Below, piece by piece: positions 36,752-50,149 of a DNA stretch of 64,000 nucleotides; the stretch's first letter is position 1, and every line of letters begins with the position of its first letter. A program made the translations under genes and the position numbers. The DNA comes from Chiloscyllium plagiosum (taxonomy: Eukaryota): positions 63,365,378 through 63,429,377 of the forward strand of contig NC_057719.1 in assembly GCF_004010195.1 (NCBI RefSeq). Direction: 5' to 3'. Below the pieces are notes generated by a model. That model did no database searches, was not told the DNA's origin, and saw only the letters and a program-made list of their open reading frames with translations.

Positions 36752-39700
36752 TTTTTTAAAAATGTATTTTTATTGGAAAAATATATTTTTTAATATTACA
36801 ACAAGTACAAAACCATATAATTCAAACAGTACAAAAAAACCCCAACCCACCCTCATGTGCAAGTGTAAAAACATATATAGATAAGTATAGAATAAAAAAA
36901 ATCAAACTGGCTATTGAACTAAATAAATAAATAACCAACAACAAACTCAGCCCAGCCAAACAAAACGCTCATATGTTTACAGTTCCTCCTCCTTGGATAT
37001 TGAACTCGTAAAACACAATCGTTACGGCTATATAAAAGCCCTTGTTAGTGTGACAGATAAATCTGTGTCAAGGTATTCCAAAAAGGGCTGCCATGTCTTA
37101 TAAAAATTCTTAGTTTTGTGGTGTACCATATTCGTGAAAAAATCCAAGGGAATATGCTCCATACCAGTCTTCTGCCAACCCGACAGGCCTGGGGGTTTAT
37201 CGGATATCCAACCTAGCAAGATATTCTTTCTTGCAGAGAACGTGAGAGTATTGAAAAGTTTTTTTTCTTATGCACGTCTGCAGGAAATACATTGGGCAGG
37301 CTCAAAAGGAGAGAGATAGGGTCCTTCTCCACCCTTACACCCAAAATCCTCTCCATTGCGCCCGCCGCAGCACTCCAATATGTTTGCAGCCTATTGCAAG
37401 ACCAGAGACAATGGGTAAGAGTGCCTGTACAGACCTTGCACTTGGGACTTGCTGAAGACATCTCTGGTTTAAATTTTGACAAACGGTCCAGAGCCAAGTG
37501 GACCCTGTGGAGAATCTTCAACTGTAAAGCATGGGTCCTATTGCAAGCTGATATCTTCCTTGCATTCTCCCAAATATCCTCCCATGCCTCTGAAGAGACT
37601 TCAGCATCCAGCAGAGTCGATCAAACTCCTCTAAGGAGACACCTCCCAATTAATGATATAAGTACTGACAGAAAGTGTACTCTTAGCACGTAGCACCCCC
37701 TCCCTCTCTATGTCAGATTTCTAGGGATCAGTCAAACGTGTGGTTTTATTTGAATATAATCCCTAACTTGAAAAAAACCAAAGAGGTCTCTATTAGATAA
37801 CTCGTAATTCCGTACTAACTGATCAAAGGACATCATAACATCTCCCTCAAATAAATCGCCCATGCAAGATGCACCCCTAGCTGCCCAACATTTAAATCCT
37901 GAATCTATCATCCCCGGTTGAAAACCAGACATACCCACTAAAGGTGTAACCAAAGATGTTTTGCCAATATTGCTTTCCCTCTGCCGAATTGCCCTCCATG
38001 CTTTAACAGTATTGATAATTATTGGGTTATTGCAATATTCCCTAACTGTCCTCATTTTGTCCAAAAAAAGCAAACTGATAAAGGGGCCTCTTGCCTGGGA
38101 GACTTCTATATCTAGCCATATTGAAAGAGGATCTCCACAAACCCAATCTCACACGTAGGACAAAAGCGAGCTTAATTGGTACTTTTTAATGTCGAAAGGT
38201 CCACTTCGTCCAGTCTGAGAGGCAGTTGCAGCTTAGCTAATTTAATGAGGGGCTGCTTACGATGCCAAACAAAGGAGCTGAACCAGCAGTTCAGCCTCCT
38301 GAGAGTTTGCTTATTGAAAATCAGAGGCAGCATCCGTATAGTGTATAGCAAACGAGAGAGAATATTCATCTTAATAAGCGCTATCCGACCCAACCACGAG
38401 ACTGGAAGTGCCTCCAATCTTTGAAGATCTTGTTTAATTTTCTTCAAATAATTGGATAAAATTGGCTTTGAACAGCCGAACCAGAACTGGAGTAATGAAT
38501 ATGTCCAAATACACAAACCACTCCCCTTCCGCTCCCCCGCCCCATTACCACCTAAATGGGAATCTATAGTCGCCTCAAGACCTAACTCCTTTGTAAGTCC
38601 ATCCATAGGCATAGCCTCTGATTTCACAAAATTAATCTTGTACCCTGAAAAAGCGCCAAACGCGCGAATGCATTGTATCAGGCAAGGCACTGAAACTGCT
38701 GGATTTGTCAAAGAAATTAGGACATCCTCTGCTACAACGAAATCTTATATAATTTTAACCCCACTTCTGGAGCTGATTTATTGGGATCCCCACGAATGGC
38801 CTCCGCCAATGGTTCAATCACCAACATAAAAAACAATAGTGAAAGGGGACGGCCCTGCCGGCTGCCCCTAAAAATATTAAAATTGCTTGATCATACCCAG
38901 TTGGTGATGACCGCAGCAAGAGGCCATCATAGAGAATCTTTACCCATCGAATAAAGATTTCGCCCAAACCAAACTGCTCCAGAGTATAGAAAAGGTACAG
39001 CTACTCAACTCAGTCAAATGCCTTCTCTGCATCTAGAGAAATCACCAATCCCTGTATTGATTGTTGTTGGCATGCTTGAATTACATTAAGCAGCCTGCTA
39101 ACATTATTAGAGGATCTGTGGCTCTTTATGAAGCCCATCTGATTCTCTTTCATAATAGAAGGTAACACAGTCTCCAGCCTTAATGCGAGAGTCTTCGAGA
39201 GGATTTTAAAGTCCACATTTAAGAGTGAGATGGGCCTGTACGAAGCACAGTCTTCCGGGTCCTTCCCTTTTTTTAAGAATAAGTGAAACATTGGCCTCTC
39301 TCAGAGATGGCGGGAGACAACCATGACTGTATAAATCATTAAACATATTGAGCATTGGGTCTGACGGTATACTTATAAATTCCTTACAGAATTCACTGGA
39401 AAGTCCATCAGGACCGGGTGCCTTTCTACTCTAAAGCTGCCTCACAGCTTCCTGCACTTCTTGCTCTGATAGTGGGGCTTTGAGAAAGGACTCTTGTTCA
39501 GGAGTCACAGCTGGGAGCTTCAGATCCTTAAAAAAAAGATTCCATTTTGGCCTGCCCGTCCTCACAATCTTCGGACTGGTATAACTTAGAGTAAAATCTC
39601 TGGAACGCTACATTAATCTTTTTAGAATCACATGTTAGGTTCCCAGACTCTTCCCTAATCGCCGTAATGGTTTGTGGGGCACTCCTTTTTCTGGTGAGAT

Positions 39701-42262
39701 GCGTTAAGTATTTGCCTGGCTTGTCTCCATGCTCATATAACTTTGCTTTGCAAAAGCCAGCTCCTTCTTTGCCATCTGTGTGAGCATGGAATTTAATACA
39801 GACCACAGGGCTGTAATCCTCTGTAGTTTGACCAACGAGGGCCTGACAAGTAGGCCTTCTCGGCTGCCTTCAACCGTGCTTCAAGGAGACATTGATGGTC
39901 ACCCTTCTGCCACTTCCTACTGGAGGAATATGAAATAACTAACCCTTAGCATAGGCTTTGGCAATTTCCCAGAGGACAGATGAGCTACCAACCAAACCTA
40001 AGTTGATGTCGAGGAATGCCCGAAGTTCCACAAACTTATTAACCTTAAGGATAAAGGGATCCATTCGCCAGTACCTCGGACCCACTGTAACATCCTTAAT
40101 CTTAACCGTAAGGTACACTGGAGCATGATCAGAGATGGTAATATTACCAATCGTACAAGATGCCACCAAATCAAGGGTTACCACAGAGGTCAGAAAAAAA
40201 ACAATCCTAGTGTGACATCTGTGCGGATTGGAGAAAAACATAAATTCCTTACCTGTAGGGTGGAGATGCCTCCAGATGTCCATCAACCCTAACTCCCCAC
40301 ACAGATCCACTAACTGTTTAGTTTGTACAGAGGGTATTGAGGGACCTTTGGGCAACCTGTCTACTGTGGGATCCGTGAGACAGTTAAAATCTCCTCCTAT
40401 AATGATGTGCCGGGACTCGAGACTTATCAGTTTAGAAAAAGTGTCTACCAAAATTTAAGAGGATGAGCTGGATGTCAATAAACATTTAAAACACCATGTT
40501 CTTCCCCATTTATTAAGGCTTTAAGAATTACTACCCTCCTGTGTGTGTCTTTAGCACACTCTAACAACCTTAAAGGGTAGATTCTTCCTAACCAATATAT
40601 AGCCACGCCCCTACTTCTAGTATTAAATGATGATAAATAAACTTGGTCAAAGTCAAGTTCAGATGTAATTTCAGATGCTCCTTGTCATCTAAGTGTGTCT
40701 TCTGTAATAAAGCAACATCCACCTTCTCCTTTCTAAGATTCAAGAGAACCTTCTTCCTTTTAATTGGTGAATGACTACCCTTGATATTCCAGGTACACCA
40801 TTTAATCAAGTCATTAGCCGTAACATTCTGCAACGAACCACAACCTGCTGAGCCTTAGTGTCACATGACCAACCAAATATAAAAACTACGTAAACTAAAA
40901 CCACTACATTTAACAAACATACAAAATTATTAAAAATAAAAAACAACACAAACCAGAAAACAAACCAACATCTAAAGTGCCAATAGCGCTGAGTAGGGGA
41001 ACTCACCCCCTGCCTGGAGGGGGCAACTACCCGTCCCGAACTGCCCATAAATAGGCATCTAACCATCTCAACCACCTTCACTTCTCCCAGCGAGAGCCGC
41101 ATCACAAACACAAGCAGAAAAGAGTAAACACCCCATAGAATACCAATATGAATAACATTTTTATTTTAAGAAGGGGTAATAAATATGCCACCCATTCTTT
41201 GGTATATTCAATTAGAAATTGAAAATGTACATCTCAACTGCTGCCAAACATAGTTTAAACCCAATTATTATCAATAGAGGGACAAAAAGAAAAATAAAGC
41301 TCCAGCCGGACTTCCTTCGTTTCTTTTACAAAACAAAAAAGACACACCCAAACAACACTATTTATACATACTAAAATTGTTTAAATTAGGTTAATTTGTC
41401 CACAAAGTCTCTTGTCTTCTCCGACGTGTCAAAGAGATGTATGGAACTATCTAAGGTGACCTGAAGCACCACCGGATACCTCAGGGAGTACTGAATCCCA
41501 AGCTCCCTCAGTCTACTCTTGACACCGTCATAAGATTTTTGTTTCTGAATCACCGCCGCTGAGAAGTCCTGAAAGAACATGATCTTAGAGCCCTCATAAA
41601 TTAGGACCTTTGGATCCTTCCCCTGGACTTTGGAAGCCTCCATGACTCTCTTCCTATCCTGGTAATGATGGAACCGCACCAGGAGAGGATGAGGACGTTG
41701 ACCCAGACCCGATCTCCACACTGCGACCCGGTGAGCCCTCTCTGTCTTCAATCCTCTCATGCCAGCCTCCAAATCAAGGTATTTAGGCAGCCAATCCTAA
41801 ACAAATTCTGCAGGCTGCTCACCTTCCTTACCCTCAGGCAGACCAATGATCCAAATGTTTTTTTTACCTGTCCCTGTTCTCAACTTGGTCCACTTGGTCG
41901 CGCAAATCATGGACCTGTGTCTCCAAGGTTTGGATCCTGTCCTTGGATGGGACTGGCATCAACTTCCATCACTGTGACCCTGTGCTCCACCTCATCCGTT
42001 CTTCTCTCCAGGTCTCCCAGCTGCTGCTCATGCTTCTGCAGCATGAGAGAGATTAGAGCCAGCTTCTCTTCAATCAGTTTCCCCAGCATCTCGCGAGATT
42101 TCGCAAGCTCGTTCACCAGGGCCTGGAAAGCAATCGACTCCGAGGATCCTGCAGGCTGAGCTGCAGACCCAGCCTCCGATACTCTTCCTCCCTTTCTCGG
42201 CATCTTTGGATGGCTAGAAACGCAGGTGAGTTAATTTTTAGAAGTTTCTTGGGACTCCACAA
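36752..42262 (-). mobile_element. Near-full-length L1-clade LINE, decayed
   Basis: ORF1 (42203-41386): coiled coil, ERAHRV, FFQDFS, YSLRYP. ORF2 EN: TWNIKG, LQKTHL, GGDFNC, SDHAPV. RT: YRPISLLNVDFKIL, SLDAEKAFD, SGYKIN..KS, GRIALIKMN. C-terminal CxxC..H...C. AATAAA and A-rich end at ~36752-36775. Confidence 0.93.
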
Positions 42263-42602
42263 TCTTTCTAGAGTCAGCATTACTTGATGCTGATGATGCA
42301 CAGGCAGTCAGAAAATGCTTAAAACTATTTATGAAATTATTTCCCATTTGTTGTGGAATTTATTAGTCACTGTTAATAGAATGAGGTGAAAAAGAATCAA
42401 GCTGTCATTCCTTAGCTTGGGTTTAATCTAATTTTGTTGTGTGAATTTCACACAAAATGCTCTCAACATGTTGTGTGGAACATGCTGATTCTAAAAATGT
42501 ACAGAGCTTGGAGGTAACATGCAAGAGAAAGCAATTGGTTAGGCACGCTTTAAATAAAACTGGATAAACATTATTATGTTTTAGATTTATTTACCTTTTT
42601 AG

Positions 42603-42649
42603 ATAGGACAAAACTTTGCCAGTCCCCTCTCGAGGAAGAGAACCTGGTT
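42603..42649 (+). other. Candidate 47-nt host exon
   Basis: tttatttacctttttAG|ATAGGACAAAACTTTGCCAGTCCCCTCTCGAGGAAGAGAACCTGGTT|GTatgt in non-repeat DNA; product not recognised. Confidence 0.4.
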
Positions 42650-43249
42650 GTATGTAGAGCCATTAATGTTCTTGTACTGCATATAAATGGTAATTGTGAA
42701 CTGAATAATTGGAAAACTGTATTTTACTTTAGCCATTTAGTGTCATTGTTGCTTGAATGCAGCAGAGTCTCTCAGGACTCCCAAAACAATTGAATCCTAT
42801 GGGGAGTGTTTTCAAAGTGGAGATTATTTTCCTGAAAGGTCATTACATGACTTCTCTATTAATTAAGTCATAAAGGAGCAGACTTCAAATCTGAAATCAG
42901 GACATCGTAGGCTGCATATACTTGCTGCTGCAATTTAAGGCGCAAAACGTTGCACTCTTTTTGAACAACAAGGGAATCAGTCTCCACCAAGTTTGAGTCT
43001 TATATTTCAAAAGTTTATGGATTAAACAAGAATGTCATGTAATCTAAACATGAAACCTATGTGTGCTTTCCAATTTAATAAATGATTATTTTATATCATG
43101 TGATGGAATTATAGGAAGAGTAGGATATTTAGCCCCTCATACCTGTTCCACCACCCTGTTATATCATGATTTTAACTCTGCTTTAACAACCTACCTAGAG
43201 CGGCACAGGTGCCTCACAGCATCAGGGACCTGAATTCAATTCCACAGAT

Positions 43250-45018
43250 GGCCTCACAAAAGGCACCTCACCTTCAATGCATTATCTGAGCTGGCATGAC
43301 ACCTATTGTTAAAGTTCACTTGAGAACCTAACTTCTAAAATTGAATTGAATTGAATTTATTGTCAGGTGTACAGAGGCACAGTGAAAAGGTATGTCTTGA
43401 GAGCAATACAAGCAAATCACAGAGTTAAGTAGCATAGCTAAGTAAATAATAGGTAAATAGCGGCAAAAACAAAAACACAGGTACAGAAGAATGTTAAGAG
43501 TTTGAGAGTCCATTTAGTTTGTAACAACAGTAGAGTAGAAACTGTTTTGAAACTGGCTGGTGCATGTGTTCAGGCTTCTACCTTCTACCCAATGGTAGAG
43601 ATTGTAGAAAAGCATTGCCAGGGTGGGATAGATCTTTGAGAATGCTGGCTGCCTTTCCTTGACAGCGGACCTAGTGGATGGATTCTATAGATGAGAAGTT
43701 GGCCTTTGTGATTGTCTGGGCCGAGTTCACCACTCTCTGTAACTGTCTCCAATCTTGAATGGTACAGTTGCCAACCAGGTAGTGAGTGTTCTCGATGGTG
43801 CACCTATAAAAGTTAGCAAGGGTATTCGCCATCATGCCAAACTTCCTCAGCTGCCTGAGAAAGAAGAGATGTTGTTGGGCCTTTGTAACCAGTGTGTCCA
43901 CATAAAGAGTCCAAGAAAGCTTGTTGTGGATGACCACTCCCAGGAACTTGACAGTCTCCATTCATTCCACCTCTGTGCTGTTGATATGTAGGGGGCATGA
44001 GTAACATCCCGCTGAAAGTCAATAATGAGTTCGATGGTTGCCAGCATTGAGAGCTAGGTTGTTCTCAGTGCACCATTTTCTAGGTCTTCCACCTCCCGTC
44101 TGTAGTCTGTTTCATCGCCATCTGATATTCGACCGGCTATGGTGGTGTCAGCGAATTTGTAAGTGACATTAGTCTGGTATTTGGCGACACAGTCATAGGT
44201 ATACAGTGTGTACAGTAGGGGATTGCGTATGCACCCCTGGGGGGCTCCAGTGTTGAGTGTTAGTGAGGTTGAAATATTGTCCCCAATCTTCACTGATTGT
44301 GGCCTGTGGGTCAGGAAACGGAGGATCCAGTTGCAGAGAGTGGGGCTTCGTCCAAGACCACTAAGTTTGGTAATCAGTCTTGAGGGGATAATCGTGTTGA
44401 AGGCTGAACTGTAGTCAATGAGTAGGATTCTTATGTAGCTGTTCTTGGTGTCAAGATGTTCTTGGGAGGAGTGAAAGTCATATCACCTGCCATCTGACGT
44501 GGATCTGTTGGTCCGATAGGCAATTTGGAGTGGGTCAAGAGTAATAGGGAAGCTGGAGTTGGTTAATGCCATGATCAGCCTTTCAAAGCACTTCATGACC
44601 ACCGAAATTAGGGCCACTGGGCAGTAGTCATTGAGACATGCGGCATGAGCCTTCTTACGCACAAGGATGAGGTTGGTCCCCTTGAAACCGGCAGGGACAG
44701 TGGCCTGCTGCAGGGAGAGGTTGAAGATGTCTGAGAAGATCTCTGCCATGTTCTGGGATTTACATATGAAAGAACTGAAACCAACATGGTCATTCTAAAA
44801 GATGAGAGTATAAACAAACAATGCAGGTCTTTTTCAATATTTAATTTCAGTTGCATCACATTGTAAACTTTAGCTATCAATTCTGTATCTTATGATTTTA
44901 TACTCCACAACCACCTAATGAAGGAGCAGCGCTTTGAAAACTAGTGCTTCCAAATAAACCTGTTGGACTATAACCTGGTGTTGTGATTTTTAACTTTGTA
45001 TACCCCAGTCCAACACCT
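43250..45018 (+). mobile_element. PLE pLTR (second family) apparently split by a Rex1 insertion
   Basis: 44750-45018 matches the reverse complement of 57562-57753, including a degenerate hammerhead cac-CTAATGA-aggagc..GAAAACTA-gtg. Assigning 43250-43340 as the upstream piece is an inference. Confidence 0.65.
43341..44750 (-). mobile_element. Rex1/Babar-like LINE RT and 3' end
   Basis: DIFNLSL..CLNDY.PVAL.SVVMKCFERL, LDPLQ.AYR.NRST, TGAPQGC, KFADTT, KFLGV, KAQQHLFFLRQL; (attca)n tail. Confidence 0.88.
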
Positions 45019-45179
45019 TGATGTATGACCCTCATGGTTTTGCACACCACCACCTTTGCACCACTGAATCTTTTTTGAGACCTTCTTTGCAAAGGCCCAT
45101 TTGGAAGGAGATGGCTGACGGATGCTTGATCATTGCAGCCAAATGTCATGTCTTTACATGCTTTCATTGTAAACTGATT

Positions 45180-45560
45180 TAGAGTCATAGAGATGTACAG
45201 CATGGAAACAGACCCTTCAGTCCAACCCGTACATGCCGACCAGATATCCCAACCCAATCTAGTCCCACCTGCCAGCATCCGGCCCGTATCCCTCCAAACC
45301 CTTCCTATTCATATACCCATCCATGCAAATGCCTCTTAAATGTTGCAATTGTACCAGCCTCCACCTCATCCTCTGACAGCTCATTCCATACACGTGAAAA
45401 AGTTGCCCCTTAGGTCTCTTTTATATCTTTCCCCTCTCACCACTCCAAGGTCTCTTTGTTCAGCAACACTCCCTAGGACCTTACCATTAAGTGTATAAGT
45501 CCTGCTGAGATTTGCTTTCCCAAAATGCAGCACCCCGCATTTATCTGAAATAAACTCCAT
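45180..45560 (-). mobile_element. CR1 3' fragments
   Basis: Near-identical to tail at 26950-27220, joined to an upstream ORF2 piece by a deletion. Confidence 0.8.
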
Positions 45561-45910
45561 GATTTAGAGATCCTTTGTTCTCCTCTTCATCTGATCCACC
45601 TCAAACTTAGTATTTCTTGCAGTCAATTCACAATCAACTCAAAACAATGAAGGGCTTTTGCCCGAAACGTCGATTTTGCTGAAGCTGCTCGGATGCTGCC
45701 TGAACTGCTGTGCTTTCCCAAAATGCAGCACCCCGCATTTATCTGAAAAACTCCATGATTTAGAGATCCTTTGTTCTCCTCTTCGTCTGATCCACCTCAA
45801 ACTTAGTATTTCTTGTAGTCAATTCACAATCAACTCAAAACAATGAAGGGCTTTTGCCCGAAACGTCGATTTTGCTGAAGCTGCTCGGATGCTGCCTGAA
45901 CTGCTGTGCT
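45513..45910 (+). repeat. ~196-bp tandem duplication including a truncated mini-PLE
   Basis: gatttagaga recurs at 45561 and 45757; the copies differ by a few substitutions and one small indel. Confidence 0.9.
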
Positions 45911-45967
45911 CTTCCAGCACCATTGATCCAGAATCTGGTTTCCAGCATCTGCAGTCATTGTTTTTAC
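45845..45967 (+). mobile_element. 5'-truncated PLE pLTR end
   Basis: gaagggc(tttt)gcccGAAACGTC..ccagcatctgcagtcattgtttttacc; TSD ctcaaaacaat (45834-45844, 45968-45978). Confidence 0.8.
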
Positions 45968-47889
45968 CTCAAAACAATACCAGTCAGGCTTGTTGACTAT
46001 TTCTAGAACTTTAATTTTATTTCAGTATTCCAATATCTGCGATAATTTGTATTATTTACATTATTGTTCCTTGTTATTGACCTGTTTAATGATCTTGTTT
46101 CCTTTCTAATGCCACATTCTTGTTGCTATACTTGTACGTTATGCACATAAAGAAATACATTTTAACTTTGGAATGGGAGGTGGAGAAGTGCAGGTAAATT
46201 ATGAGGGCATGTTATGTGGATTTTTTTTATGTGGATGGTTGATCTAAACAAGTCACTTAAAGTGATAAAGGAGTTTAATATGTTACATTCAGAAAAGTTA
46301 CTTCCACAGGTGCGGCTAAGGGGTTGTAATCCTAGAGTTGGAGCTAGCTAGCTTAGTACTGAAATCAGGAGACATTGTTTTTCTACTCAAAGGATTGTGG
46401 AATCAAGAAGACACCAAACTCCAAAGAATGTAGATGCTGACATTTATGAGACTCAAATTGTGGAAGAATTTTGTTGAGTAAGGAATATGGACAAATAATG
46501 GTTGAATGGAGTTAAGATTACAGATTAACAGGGGCTGGATGACCCGAGTCATGTTCCTATGTGCCAAGGAACTTGTCAAGTCTGCTTGAGTATTCCTTTT
46601 ACAAATGCACAGAAATAGTGGGAAATGTGAATACTAATTAAATGCATTTTTTGAACCAAAATAAGGTGCTTCAGCAATCCAAGCTTTTGATCTCATAACC
46701 CAAAAGTGGTGGCTTGTATGAAATAGCCAGTTGATAATTGATTTGGAGATTGGTAGGGAGAGCTGAGGCTTAAAAACAAGCATATCTCTGCAAAAGAGAG
46801 ATGATGGGAGCGTGGTCACTGATCAGTACAGTGCCTACTATTTGGGAAAGCCACAAAGGTTTCTTCAAAAACATCTTCAATAAGATGGTACAACTTGCAA
46901 AAATTATTGGCTCTTTCTTTTCCCAAAATTTGCATTTTCTTTAAATGCAACAGACAGTTTCTTCAAACTGTTTTCATAAGTCAGTGTACTTTAGGCTGCT
47001 CAGAATTTTTGAATAAAACCTAAAGGTTCAAGGTGGAGTTTAAGGAGTTTTAAAAACTAATCCCAAATGTTTGTGATAACTAATGACAAACCATCCTGTT
47101 ATTGTCAATGCCATCATAAGATGATGTAATTAAAAGACAGAGGCTTTTAAGTTGGGTCACATAACCCTGACATGCAGATGAAACATTGCCTCTTGAATTC
47201 CTAATTTGGTGTGTAAGAAGTGTCTGCACGTCATTTCTGGTAACACCAGGTGTCTGTTAACTTTTGATGCAAATACATCTGCTTCAAGACTGATTTGGCC
47301 TGAGGGACCCAGCACCATCACTGACTGCACTCATGAACAACCCTACAGAAAGTGTTTAATGTCAAGTAAGTGCTGCCCCTTATTGCATATTAAACCATCC
47401 TCCTGATTGTTGTTCATAATGAGCCCTGGAGATTCCTGATCTCCAGTGACCCCTGCTCCATAGCCCAATCTGTCTTCTCAGCCTCAATACCCAATCTCAC
47501 TTCCCTCTTCAATTACTGAGGACTCTGAACCCTCTGGGCTCTCTGACCTAGAGATCTCAGGCTCCAAACCCCCAGGGTTCTATGGCTTTAAATCTATGGC
47601 TTTAAACCCATAGCCTCCTAGAATGGGGTGAATCTGAGTCACAATCATTCCAAAATTAACAAATGGGCCTCCTTAAAGATGTATGAGGATAAATGTACTT
47701 AGATATATGCTTGGCGTCTTGTAAAATAATTTATCCTCAAAACAACCTGATTTTCATAACCAGCACACATCCTAGTCTGTTCTCAATCCTAATATGATGA
47801 GGTGTTTCAATTGTGAAGATTGTTGTGGGCGTTTTCACGCCACATTTATTTGCGCCTCTTTATTGGAGTCTTTGGTCACAATTTTCCCA

Positions 47890-48235
47890 TAGAATACAAG
47901 ATAATCAGAGGGTTAGATAAGGTGGACAGGGAGAGCCTTTTTCCAAGTATGGGGACGGCAAGCATGAGGGGACACAACTTTAAAGTGAGGGGAGATAGGT
48001 ACAAGATAGATATCAGAGGTAGTTTCTTTACTCAGAGAGTAGTAAGGGTAGGGAATGCTTTGTCTGCATCGGTAGTAGATTCGCCAAGTTTAAGTGCATT
48101 TAAGTTGTCATTGGACAGGCAAATGGACGTACATTGAATAGTGTAGGTGGGATAGGCTTCAGATTAGTATGACAGGGCGGCGCAACATCGAGAGCCGAAG
48201 GGCCTGTACTGCGCTGTAATGTTCTATATTCTATA
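47890..48235 (+). mobile_element. CR1 3' fragment
   Basis: YKIIRGLDKVD..LFP..RGHNFKV..FFTQRVV; tail ttctatattcta. Confidence 0.85.
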
Positions 48236-48993
48236 TCTGTAATGGCATGATTCACTTCAATGACAGTAGGTAGCTGTATATGTGTGTATAAACATGGATG
48301 AAAACATTCACTTGAATAATACTCTGCTGAACTATAGTTCCCCACATAACCACTACAAAGCATACATGATTGATCAAAACAGTCAACAAAAAAAAGGCTA
48401 TCTAGAATTTTGTTGCATTTACTGCAGTAAAGGAAAGAATGATAAATTGCTTAATAGTCAGAGAAAATTCTCAGTAGTAAAATGTGAGTAATGTGTTGCA
48501 GACCAGTTCAGCTGTTTCTTCCATTGGCTGTTTGGGAAGCACTTCAATGTGTGCTTTCCTGCTGTTTTCCTTAATTGTTGTAGCTGAGCGTTAGGGAGCC
48601 TTTTCTTGGCATTACAACCACCCAAGCTTCTTTCATTACTTTTCAGCAAAGGGTGCATTTCTCAACACTAGCGGCTTCAGAAAAATCTATTTCAAAGTCT
48701 GACTCAGGGAAGCCTCTCGAGTCAGATGTGTGCAGCACATTTTAAAATTTGTCATGAATTATTAATATTCAAAAAATTAAAAATTCATACTTTTAATTAA
48801 GATTGCAGCAAGGCAGCGCAATGCTCTAGTTGATTTGAAATCTATAAACATTGTATTCTATCAAACATTCAAAATGTAATATTTCATTGTTATTTTCTAA
48901 ATATACTTACAAGTCTGCATTTAACATTCAAAATTGCTAAATGTAATTAACATTTTTAAAAAGAGTTTTACTTGGGACTATATTTACAGCAGG

Positions 48994-49282
48994 AAATGCT
49001 ACAAAAGCTGTTCTAAATTATGTTTTCTGTAAAATAGGTGATGTTAGTCCTGAGAAATAGATTTTTTTTCTGGGAACCTAGTACAAGCATGAAGCGTTCA
49101 GTCACTTAGATGTAGACTTGTTGGGCCGAAGGGCCTGTTTCCACACTGTAAGTAATCTAATCTAATCTAAATGCTACAAAAGCTGTTCTAAATTATGTTT
49201 TCTGTGATGTCAGTCCTGAGAAATAGATTTTTTTTCTGGGAACCTAGTACAAGCATGAAGCGTTCAGTCACTTAGATGTAGA
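48994..49282 (+). repeat. 123/114-bp direct repeat flanking a ~52-bp SINE/CR1 tail
   Basis: 48994-49116 recurs at 49169-49282 with a 9-bp deletion; the spacer is cttgttgggccgaagggcctgtttccacactgtaagt(aatct)3. Confidence 0.9.
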
Positions 49283-49780
49283 GTTAAGCACTCTCTCTAT
49301 TCTGTCCCAACAACTCAACTTAGTCCCAGAACAAAAGTTATTCCCACTGTATTAGGGCGACTTCTCCCATTTCTAACGACAGTCATCCTGCGACATGCCC
49401 ATTATGGAATGAAAGGCAGCCTTTAAAATTATTGGATTACTTGTGGAGTAAATGTTTTTTTTCACCACATTCATATCAGCCTTACTCTCTCTCTCTTATA
49501 TACATGTGCGCGCACACATACTGGAGTTAAACATAATCCCTTAAATGCCAAAGATCCACTGCTTTACGAATTGTTCTTTGTAAATAGGCAGATATTTCCT
49601 GGTATTTTGAAGGAATGTTGTGCATTTTATTTGCTAAATTTAGTCTTGCAGTTGATCAAGGGGTTATTGTTTGAAAAATAACATGCAAAAGTTGTTAGAC
49701 ATTTTATGAGGGTGATGCGCAACTCCCTCTGATATTATTTTCGTTACTTTTATGTGTGTTCATGCATCTTAAAAGGGGCA

Positions 49781-49931
49781 GCAGGTCAGGCAGCATCCAA
49801 GGAACAGGAGAATCGACGTTTCGGGCCAAGCCCTTCTTCAGGAATTACACATTTTCAACTCTGACCTGCTGCGCTTTTCCAGCAACACATTTTCAGCTCG
49901 GATCTCCAGAATCTGCAGTCCTCACATACTC
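49781..49931. mobile_element. Fold-back mini-PLE with intact minus-strand hammerhead motif
   Basis: 16-bp TSD catcttaaaaggggca (49765-49780, 49932-49947). 49811-49845 reverse complement attc-CTGAAGA-a-gggc(ttg)gccc-GAAAC-GTC-gatt. Confidence 0.85.
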
Positions 49932-50149
49932 CATCTTAAAAGGGGCACCGTGTGTGTCATCTGGGCTATGAGACCACAAAGCTTAAAAGGAACTTTGGCA
50001 CTGGAGGAATTATCAGCAGACAGGGCTTTACAAGGACATCAGAATAAAATAAAGTCTGATACTGGTAATTGGCCCCATCAATAGGAACTTAATTGCTAGT
50101 TATTATCCCTTCTGTTTCTCATCTAAATGATGCTACTCAGCTACAGTTA

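Noticed and set aside
45513..49282. CRISPR-like repeat-spacer arrays
   Set aside because: Two-copy local duplications in vertebrate DNA; no regular short repeats and no cas genes.
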